Below are positions 6,975-13,290 of a DNA stretch of 64,000 nt, piece after piece. The notes under the pieces were generated by a model. It was not told the DNA's origin. It ran no database searches and saw nothing but the letters and a program-made list of their open reading frames with translations. Each line of letters opens with the position of its first letter. The stretch's first letter is position 1. The stretch covers positions 1-64,000 of the IMG/VR virus record IMGVR_UViG_3300028558_000016; one strand, given 5' to 3'. A program made the translations under genes and the position numbers.

Positions 6975-7059
6975 TAGCGCTGGTGAGACTCGAACTCACA
7001 CTACCGTTAAGGAACCCGCTTATGAGGCGGGCACAATTACCACATCTGTTCACAGCGCT
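6975..7059 (-). tRNA. tRNA with CAT anticodon on a class II (long variable arm) scaffold
   Basis: AGCGCTG/CAGCGCT, A73, CCCGC-CTCATAA-GCGGG, 15-nt variable region, GTGAG-TTCGAGT-CTCAC. Confidence 0.85.
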
Positions 7060-7101
7060 ATCTCGTCTGCTTCTTTGTAGGCCCCGTACTATATCTACAA
7101 A

Positions 7102-7371
7102 TCATTTGGTGGGGCTGTCGGAAACAGCAGACTTTACTTTATTTTCTTTCTTATACGTCTTCAAGAATTCCAAAGCATTTTGCAATTCTTCGACCCTGTT
7201 CTTGTTAGAAGGAATGCTTCCATTTGCCTGTCTAACAGTCATCGGATCCGATGACGATAAATTCTTTTCAAAGAACTCTAAATTTCTTTCTTCCATTAAG
7301 AGTCTTTCTCTTAATAATTTTGCCACGTATGGCATCGGATCATATTGTCCTCTTTCTTCTTGTGTCTTCAT
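7102..7371 (-). CDS. Hypothetical protein within the tRNA array
   Basis: 89 aa ORF starting 2 nt after the CCA of the upstream tRNA. Confidence 0.6.
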   Translation of the reverse strand: MKTQEERGQYDPMPYVAKLLRERLLMEERNLEFFEKNLSSSDPMTVRQANGSIPSNKNRVEELQNALEFLKTYKKENKVKSAVSDSPTK

Positions 7372-7372
7372 T

Positions 7373-7464
7373 TGGTGCGCCCGGAGGGATTCGAACCCCC
7401 GTTGGTGTTATTCACACGTCTGATTAAAAGTCAGGACCATTCGGCCAGCTATGGGAACGGACGC
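7373..7464 (-). tRNA. tRNA with TTT (Lys) anticodon and long variable arm
   Basis: GCGTCCG/CGGGCGC-A-CCA, CTGA-CTTTTAA-TCAG, V-arm GTGT-GAATA-ACAC, GGGGG-TTCGAAT-CCCTC. Confidence 0.85.
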
Positions 7465-7478
7465 ATTTGTTTTTATTG

Positions 7479-7552
7479 TGCGCCCGGTTGGGTTCGAACC
7501 AACGACCCCCTGATTAAAAGTCAGGTGCATCTACCAGCTGAGCTACGAGCGC
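7479..7552 (-). tRNA. tRNA-Lys(TTT)
   Basis: GCGCTCG/CGGGCGC, CCTGA-CTTTTAA-TCAGG; canonical. Confidence 0.95.
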
Positions 7553-7774
7553 AAATATTTGGATATGGAAATCCTCTTGCATCTCGTATTTCAGCGAGAT
7601 GCCTTTACCGTTTATATTTCATTTTAGTTTTCATTATCATTATATTTTTTAAAAGAACAGAATACGTTTTTTACCTTTTCATTAAAATTGAAATGCTCGT
7701 TAGAGCTTGTTTGTTTTGCTGTACGTATTCTTTTTTCTTTTTAATTTCTACCACCATTCAGGATGCTTTTGTTT

Positions 7775-7880
7775 TGGCAAAGATTGGATTCGAACCAATG
7801 ACCTCTCGTTTACTTTCCTTAACAATGTTTCCATTGACGGGGATTTCAGGCGAGCGCTCTACCAACTGAGCTACTTATCC
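7775..7880 (-). tRNA. tRNA-Phe(GAA) with a 33-nt insertion after position 37 (intron-like)
   Basis: Standard D- and T-arms. Anticodon arm CTCG-C-CT-GAA-A-[33 nt including CAATG-GAAA-CATTG]-A-A-CGAG; the acceptor stem has two mismatches. Confidence 0.7.
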
Positions 7881-7908
7881 TTTTGTAATGCTGCATGCAT
7901 CCTTTTTG

Positions 7909-7981
7909 AGCCGAGAACCGGGGTCGAACCGGTGACCTTCCGCTTACAAGGCGGGTGCTCTACCAACTGAGCTATCTCGGC
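7909..7981 (-). tRNA. tRNA-Thr(TGT)
   Basis: GCCGAGA/TCTCGGC, CCCGC-CTTGTAA-GCGGA. Confidence 0.95.
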
Positions 7982-7984
7982 AAT

Positions 7985-8119
7985 TTACAAATATTCGTTC
8001 TTGTTACACTCAAAAAACAAAACCCACAACTCGTGAATTCTCTCATTCACTTCATCATTTCCATTTTGTCTCTTGTTTAACAAAGACATCAATTCGTTTA
8101 CTATGTCATCCTTTTTCAT
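7985..8119 (-). CDS. 44-aa hypothetical protein between Thr tRNAs
   Basis: Manual translation MKKDDIVNELMSLLNKRQNGNDEVNERIHELWVLFFECNKNEYL*. Confidence 0.45.
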   Translation of the reverse strand: MKKDDIVNELMSLLNKRQNGNDEVNERIHELWVLFFECNKNEYL

Positions 8120-8122
8120 TTG

Positions 8123-8195
8123 AGCCTACAACCGGGATCGAACCGGTCACCTCATCCTTACCAAGGATGTGTTCTACCAACTGAACTATGTGGGC
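8123..8195 (-). tRNA. tRNA-Thr(GGT)
   Basis: GCCCACA/TGTAGGC, CATCC-TTGGTAA-GGATG. Confidence 0.95.
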
Positions 8196-8317
8196 AATGT
8201 CTCCGATCGTAAAAATAATCTCTCAAATATTATCAAGATCATTTCCATTCTTTATTAAGCGGTCGGACACGCTACTACTAAATCCAAAAGTTGCAACTTC
8301 TGAATTTTTCATCTTTG

Positions 8318-8413
8318 AAGCGGGAGTGAGATTCGAACTCACGTTCTCTTTCGAGTTGAGGCTTATGAGGCCCTGCTGGCGTTTTGCAACTTCCATCTCC
8401 AGTCGATCCCGCA
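8318..8413 (-). tRNA. Initiator-like tRNA(CAT) with expanded D-loop and a V-arm
   Basis: T1:T72 mismatch plus GCGGGA/TCCCGC, D-stem CTGG/CCAG with long loop, GGGC-CTCATAA-GCCT, V-arm CTC-GAAA-GAG. Confidence 0.75.
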
Positions 8414-8419
8414 ATGTGT

Positions 8420-8541
8420 GCCGCTTCCTGGACCCTATCACCAGGATTTTCTTTGGACTACAGAAGAGAGATTCGCCAATTTTTTTCCATAGAATTAAAC
8501 CATATACGGCGCTTTTCTACACTCTCAACTTTCGCAAGCGG
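8420..8541 (-). ncRNA. Candidate structured RNA (element F)
   Basis: Closing CCGCT/AGCGG; internal GAGAG/CTCTC, CGCCG/TGGCG and TCCTGG/CCAGGA stems. Confidence 0.4.
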
Positions 8542-8552
8542 ACTTTTATTTG

Positions 8553-8624
8553 TAGCGGGAGATGGATTCGAACCACCGACCTCAGGGTTATGAGCCCTGC
8601 GAGCTACCCCTGCTCTATCCCGCA
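8553..8624 (-). tRNA. tRNA-fMet(CAT)
   Basis: 1:72 mismatch, three consecutive G-C pairs in the anticodon stem (CAGGG-CTCATAA-CCCTG), A73. Confidence 0.95.
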
Positions 8625-8631
8625 ATATTTA

Positions 8632-8747
8632 TTGGAACGCATACCAACTTCGCAAGAAGTTTCGGGTCAACAGTGACTCTTGTCAAGCTGCCTCCTACAT
8701 GATTGATCAAGCTCCATTCTTTCAGGGAGCACCATGGGCGGTTCCAA
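8632..8747 (-). ncRNA. Candidate structured RNA (element G), first RNA after the attenuator
   Basis: TTGGAAC/GTTCCAA closing; GCTCC/GGAGC, TGAC/GTCA and AACTT/AAGTT hairpins. Confidence 0.45.
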
Positions 8748-8782
8748 TTTTTTAATTTCAATAATTTCTTCAAAGAACAAGA

Positions 8783-8814
8783 CAAAAAAAATCCCAAACG
8801 TTTGGTTTGGGATT
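8783..8814 (-). terminator. Intrinsic terminator of the leader (attenuator)
   Basis: AATCCCAAAC-CAAAC-GTTTGGGATT 10-bp stem running into a U8 tract (the first two U also close the stem). Confidence 0.9.
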
Positions 8815-8837
8815 CGTAATTTCGTTATTAGTTAACG

Positions 8838-8933
8838 TCATTCGCACATCCCAAAACACATAGGCTTACCTTTCCCAGTTTTCGTGGTAGTAGTTGTACC
8901 TGTAGTTATTTTGAATATTTGTTGCGAATTCAT
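8838..8933 (-). CDS. Attenuator leader peptide (31 aa; Thr/Gly/Lys/Met/Cys/Phe-rich)
   Basis: ATG 8933 gives MNSQQIFKITTGTTTTTKTGKGKPMCFGMCE-TGA. It has 8 Thr codons using all four ACN; TTTGGGAT in codons 27-29 is complementary to ATCCCAAA in the terminator 5' arm. Confidence 0.8.
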   Translation of the reverse strand: MNSQQIFKITTGTTTTTKTGKGKPMCFGMCE

Positions 8934-8989
8934 GACGTTTTAATTTGTTATTCTACTCTATATACTTATCTTTGTTTCAATTTCTTTTA

Positions 8990-8997
8990 CAAATGTA
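8990..8997 (-). promoter_or_regulatory. Bacteroidota sigma70-type -7 element upstream of the leader
   Basis: TACATTTG matches TAnnTTTG, about 55 nt upstream of the leader ATG. Confidence 0.65.
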
Positions 8998-9094
8998 GAA
9001 CTTTTTTTAATAGCTTTAAAATAAATTTTTCGATGTGTGATTATTTATTCCATTGAAACTCACGTAATCTATTGAAAACTAATAGAATATAAGC

Positions 9095-9340
9095 TTAAAA
9101 TTTTGTGAATAATTTTATGATTGTATCCTTTGGATTGAATGGTTTTTCGATTGAATTGTAAGAAACGTAACTTACCTTTAAAACTTTTTCATTTTCTTTT
9201 ATGACAACGTTGCCATCAAGATCTGAATAATAAATTGCTTTTTCTGTTTCAACCTTAACACCAGTTAATGGCTCTTTTGTTTTGTTATCTACAAATAGAA
9301 TATTAAAAATCAATGATGAAGCAATAAATAGAATTTTCAT
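9095..9340 (-). CDS. CarboxypepD_reg-like domain protein with signal peptide
   Basis: VDNKTKEPLTGVKV...SDLDGN...VSYVSY pattern typical of Bacteroidota. Confidence 0.6.
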   Translation of the reverse strand: MKILFIASSLIFNILFVDNKTKEPLTGVKVETEKAIYYSDLDGNVVIKENEKVLKVSYVSYNSIEKPFNPKDTIIKLFTKF

Positions 9341-9439
9341 TGGAATTTACGTTTGTTTTATCTATGTTAAGTTTTTGAGTATTTTCGTATTAAATCATAC
9401 TTGTTAACATTATGATAATATATAAATAAACTATTCTTA

Positions 9440-9775
9440 ATGATGAAAAATATACTACTCATAGCATTCATTCTTATGAGCTCATTCGTGTTAGCTCAGA
9501 AGAAATTTGAAAAGAAATTCACAAATGGTTTGATCGAAGAAACAGGATTCTTTGACAAGACTGGTTTGAAAGACAGCGTGTGGATCTCTTACAATGAAAA
9601 AGGAATTCTAATAGGAGAAGGACACTTCTCACACGGAATTAAAACAGGAATCTGGAAGACCTTCTATGAAGACGGTAAAATAATGTTTGAGATACCTTAT
9701 GTAGAAGGACACAAAAAAGGAGAAGGCAAACAATTCAGCCAAGAAGGAGAATTGATTGCCTCTAAAGATTATTAA
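9440..9775 (+). CDS. MORN-variant repeat (YwqK-like) secreted protein
   Basis: Signal peptide, then repeats of G.W..Y.E.G. Confidence 0.7.
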   Translation: MMKNILLIAFILMSSFVLAQKKFEKKFTNGLIEETGFFDKTGLKDSVWISYNEKGILIGEGHFSHGIKTGIWKTFYEDGKIMFEIPYVEGHKKGEGKQFSQEGELIASKDY

Positions 9776-10374
9776 AATATTTTGTGAATAACTTTATTTT
9801 CTAACTTGTCTCTTACCAACGCAGCCTTCTCATATTCTTCTTTGTAAACAAAGATCTCCATGAGCGTTTTCATTTGAACATCTGATAAAAGCTTCTGTCC
9901 TTCTAATGCTGTTGTGACTATTCGGTCTGCAACAAATATGTGAAAGTCATCCATGGTAGGATCATACCCATCCATTAAACATCCTTGATAGAAAGCAAAT
10001 CCTATTTGTGGATCCACAATCATGCACTGTTCAAACTTCTCTATTTTTTTCAGGTATCCCTCGAAATGATCTTCGCCATCGTCGATTTCAGCATCGATTT
10101 CAGCATCAATGTTATTATCTGGAATATCTGAAAAAACAAATGAAGGGAGAAAATCTTTTTTCGTAAAAAATAAATTAGAAAAAGCAAGTCCCCATTCTCC
10201 AGCCTTCATGTTAGCGACGTCTTTCATCGCTCTTATTAAACTCCATCCCTTTATGGGTTCTCCGTAAATCAAAAACTCATCCATGCACCTTGTTAGGTTA
10301 TTTTTGCGGGCCGCTAACCTCTGAATCGAGGTTGGAACTCGCTGTGCCAGATATTGGATTATCTGGATTTCCAA
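9772..10374 (-). CDS. Hypothetical protein with C-terminal UVR-like motif
   Basis: KEEYEKAALVRDKL at the C-terminus. Confidence 0.55.
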   Translation of the reverse strand: MEIQIIQYLAQRVPTSIQRLAARKNNLTRCMDEFLIYGEPIKGWSLIRAMKDVANMKAGEWGLAFSNLFFTKKDFLPSFVFSDIPDNNIDAEIDAEIDDGEDHFEGYLKKIEKFEQCMIVDPQIGFAFYQGCLMDGYDPTMDDFHIFVADRIVTTALEGQKLLSDVQMKTLMEIFVYKEEYEKAALVRDKLENKVIHKIF

Positions 10375-10531
10375 ACATTAGGAAAAACCCATAGTCCTTA
10401 TCAATGATTTCTGGCAGGACATCCAATGGATTAAAATCCTCGAATGTATCTTCGTTAACTGTAACGTTTTGTTCTAATCTTGCCTTTTTAATTTCTTTAG
10501 ACATTTCATTAGATTTCTTATTGCTGCTCAT
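10298..10531 (-). CDS. Hypothetical protein
   Basis: 77 aa ORF that overlaps the downstream ORF start; boundaries uncertain. Confidence 0.45.
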   Translation of the reverse strand: MSSNKKSNEMSKEIKKARLEQNVTVNEDTFEDFNPLDVLPEIIDKDYGFFLMFGNPDNPISGTASSNLDSEVSGPQK

Positions 10532-10546
10532 AGTATTTATCTTTAA

Positions 10547-10903
10547 TTATGACGTAATTTCTCCAGTTTTCATTCTGTCCAAGCTGTCAATGGCTGCTAT
10601 TGCAACTGCGGCAACCTGTATAAGCTCATCTCTGTAATTTTTGATGTCTCCTTCAAGGATGGCTTTAGAAACCTCTCCAAACTCTTCCCCTAATATGGCA
10701 TTCCATTTTAAAGGATCATGATTCTGTTGTCCCCATTTTCTTTCTTGTTTTATTCTTTCTTGCAGAACTTCCATAAGGATGGGAACGTTTATGTCTGTTA
10801 TTCCCTGAACATATTCTAAATCTGTGTCCTTGACGTTTAATTGATATTTGGAAACTATTTGGTTTCCTCCTACCGGAATGTTTATGTCTAAAATTGTGTT
10901 CAT
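10547..10903 (-). CDS. MazG-like nucleotide pyrophosphohydrolase
   Basis: QERKWGQQNH..ILGEEFGEVSKAI..YRDELIQVAAVA. Confidence 0.8.
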   Translation of the reverse strand: MNTILDINIPVGGNQIVSKYQLNVKDTDLEYVQGITDINVPILMEVLQERIKQERKWGQQNHDPLKWNAILGEEFGEVSKAILEGDIKNYRDELIQVAAVAIAAIDSLDRMKTGEITS

Positions 10904-10907
10904 TGTA

Positions 10908-11900
10908 TTATGGATTTAAAATTTTCTGTACGTTAAAACAAAGACTCAATAAACAAACTATCGGGTCAATCACCAAATGTCTTTTCGATTGATGGTCTGC
11001 TGTGGTTATAAGAATATTAGGAACAAACTTAGTTCTTTCTGGATGTTTCTCTTTTAACCAATGTATGAATTCAGTTCCAATTTTTCCCATCACATCTTCT
11101 ACCATCGAAGAATAATTTGACATGATGAACTCATAATTGTCTATTGGGTTTGGTTTTCCAGCAAGAATCTTGTAAAGCTCTTCAAAGTCCCAATTCATTT
11201 CTTTTACTTTATCCTTGGTTATCTTCTTTATTCCTTGGATGTCGAATGATTGTATCTTGTTTAAGATGGATCTCATGTCAGGAAAATTCCTGTCAACCAA
11301 TTCTTGCAAAGCTTCTGGTTCTGCTGTAATTCCTATCTTATCAAGGATGTGAGTAATCCTTTTTTTCCATTCAGCCCTTACCTCATTCTCTTCTTGCTTG
11401 TTTGCAAAGTCAAAACTAATGCACTCAAATCTCGATTGAATGGATTCAGGAATCTTATTGATGTAATTACAAGTCGCAATGAACCTGCAATTCTTAGCGT
11501 ACTTTTCTATCGTTGCTCTTAATGCCTTGAAGAATTGATCAGAAGCTCCATCTATCTCATCCAATATGATTACTTTGATTGGAAGTCCATTGTCCTGCAT
11601 TGGTGCATTAGGATTAATCTCCTCTTCAAAATCTATTGCAATGCTCGAACAGAAATCAGTTATCTTCGTTCTGATGACGTCAACGCTTGATTCGTCAGAC
11701 ACATTTATGTACATGTTAGGAGATCCTGCAATCAGTACTTTTGCGGCAGATGTTTTACCTGTCCCAGGAGATCCGTACAGAAGAACGTTCTGCATCAATC
11801 TTCCATTTCCAAGAGAGGTTCTAACTCTCTCAGTCAATATCAAATGTTCAAACCTTTTAGGCCTGAGTTTCTCCGTTAGTAAGTCCTGTACTGTTGCCAT
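10908..11900 (-). CDS. Sliding clamp loader subunit (T4 gp44/RFC-like)
   Basis: TEKLRPK, GSPGTGKT, ILDEID, FIATCN, IQSRF, FPDMRS. Confidence 0.92.
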   Translation of the reverse strand: MATVQDLLTEKLRPKRFEHLILTERVRTSLGNGRLMQNVLLYGSPGTGKTSAAKVLIAGSPNMYINVSDESSVDVIRTKITDFCSSIAIDFEEEINPNAPMQDNGLPIKVIILDEIDGASDQFFKALRATIEKYAKNCRFIATCNYINKIPESIQSRFECISFDFANKQEENEVRAEWKKRITHILDKIGITAEPEALQELVDRNFPDMRSILNKIQSFDIQGIKKITKDKVKEMNWDFEELYKILAGKPNPIDNYEFIMSNYSSMVEDVMGKIGTEFIHWLKEKHPERTKFVPNILITTADHQSKRHLVIDPIVCLLSLCFNVQKILNP

Positions 11901-12288
11901 TTATTTCTTTATATTTTAAAATTATTAAATCTATATTTTTCGCTAATTCATCTTCTAAATTGCTTTCAAATACTATTGCCATGTTCTCGCAATATTTTCT
12001 GTAATTGTCTGCAAGAACTCCGGTCTCACACCAAGCTTTACATGATTCATAAAGCTCAATTATATCTGAATTAGGAATGTAATCCAGCACACCGTATCTG
12101 TCCTTATTAATATTATTCAAGTCTACCAACATTGTTTTTGCTGTGAATGTATCTTTCATTATCTTGCTTGCTGTGGCATCAATATTTGCTGCGGCTTCAG
12201 CCATCGTCTTGTCATCACCAAGCAAAACAGCCATTACTTGTTCCTGAGCATCCTGAAAGATCTTTTTTATTTTTTCTTCTTTTGTCAT
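11857..12288 (-). CDS. Hypothetical protein
   Basis: 143 aa ORF with ATGA overlap with the sigma gene. Confidence 0.6.
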   Translation of the reverse strand: MTKEEKIKKIFQDAQEQVMAVLLGDDKTMAEAAANIDATASKIMKDTFTAKTMLVDLNNINKDRYGVLDYIPNSDIIELYESCKAWCETGVLADNYRKYCENMAIVFESNLEDELAKNIDLIILKYKEINGNSTGLTNGETQA

Positions 12289-12914
12289 ATTTTTCTTCTT
12301 TCGTATTTCTTTCTAACTTTTTTAATATTTAACAGTACGTTTCTCTCTTCATCTATCATACGTTCCAGAACAGAATAAGACACTCCAAGTTCTTTTGCCA
12401 TGCTTGTTTTAGTCACATCTCCTTCTTCTCTTAATAATATTTTTAATGCTATAAACTTAGAGTCGTTTTTAATCTTGTATTTTGCTATGTCGAGTTTGTC
12501 TAATGACGTGTCATACTCTTTCATCATTAAATTTTTGATTTGAAATGGAACGTTTGAATCTATTCCAGCATATCTTCTGTAAATAGACAAGGTTTCATTT
12601 CCAGATAAATGCAAATTTATTTCATTACATCTATCATACTTAATATCATTCTTTATCCATTGAAGACATTCCATGTATGCTATAGTATGAAGCCATGTTG
12701 TAAATTTTGATTTCGTCTTATCGAATCCAGTCCGGTATAATATTAATTTTAAAAAAGTCTGTGATACAATGTCATCCGCTGCTATTGAACCAACTTTTTT
12801 AGAAGCAAATCTTTTAATTCTTGGTCCAAATATCAAAAATGCGTCTTCTATTAATTCAGATTTTTCGGAAATATTTTCCTGTATGTTTAATATTTTAAGC
12901 TTTTCATTCTTCAT
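12285..12914 (-). CDS. ECF-like RNA polymerase sigma factor
   Basis: ADDIVSQTFLKL, FDKTKSKFTTWLHTIA (region 2), C-terminal HTH MAKELGVS. Confidence 0.8.
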   Translation of the reverse strand: MKNEKLKILNIQENISEKSELIEDAFLIFGPRIKRFASKKVGSIAADDIVSQTFLKLILYRTGFDKTKSKFTTWLHTIAYMECLQWIKNDIKYDRCNEINLHLSGNETLSIYRRYAGIDSNVPFQIKNLMMKEYDTSLDKLDIAKYKIKNDSKFIALKILLREEGDVTKTSMAKELGVSYSVLERMIDEERNVLLNIKKVRKKYERRKI

Positions 12915-13272
12915 TCTTCATCAAGAAAACGTAATGCAATCTGTAATCTTCTACTTCGTTTTTCTCATTCAATGATCCAGTCCCCAATGGTTCTATCTTG
13001 TAACCGTTCATCATCAATTCATTGAACATTTGTCCTCTCGCATCAGAGAAAGGTCTTACCTCTGCGTAAATACCTTCTTGGTCCATGCTTATGTCAGCAA
13101 ATCCACAAGTACTGTCTCCGTTTAATGGAACATCAAATACTGGAATTTTATACTGATCTGTTAGAATGTCTAACGAGCAAAACATTTGTTTTGGTAATTC
13201 AGACACTTCGTGGTGCAAGTAAATTCTTCCATTCTGATTCTCTTTTCCAAATTCAATCAATGTTACTTTCAT
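12904..13272 (-). CDS. Prohead-protease (gp21/S77)-like protein, apparently degenerate
   Basis: ENQNGRIY motif, ARGQMF..L, LGTGSL, DYRL; the catalytic His and Ser motifs are not seen. Confidence 0.45.
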   Translation of the reverse strand: MKVTLIEFGKENQNGRIYLHHEVSELPKQMFCSLDILTDQYKIPVFDVPLNGDSTCGFADISMDQEGIYAEVRPFSDARGQMFNELMMNGYKIEPLGTGSLNEKNEVEDYRLHYVFLMKNEE

Positions 13273-13290
13273 TTTTTAAGAAAGTTATTT

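Noticed and set aside
7107-7130. CAGCCCC-A-CCA resembling a tmRNA/tRNA 3' end
   Set aside because: It lies inside the end of ORF 7102..7371 and I found no matching GGGGCTG 5' strand upstream or T-arm.
6950-8797. Track ORFs overlapping tRNAs (6950..7423, 7345..7869, 7707..7970, 8188..8676, 8223..8441, 8384..8593, 8615..8797)
   Set aside because: They run across or antisense to clear RNA genes and have no protein-like motifs; treated as spurious.
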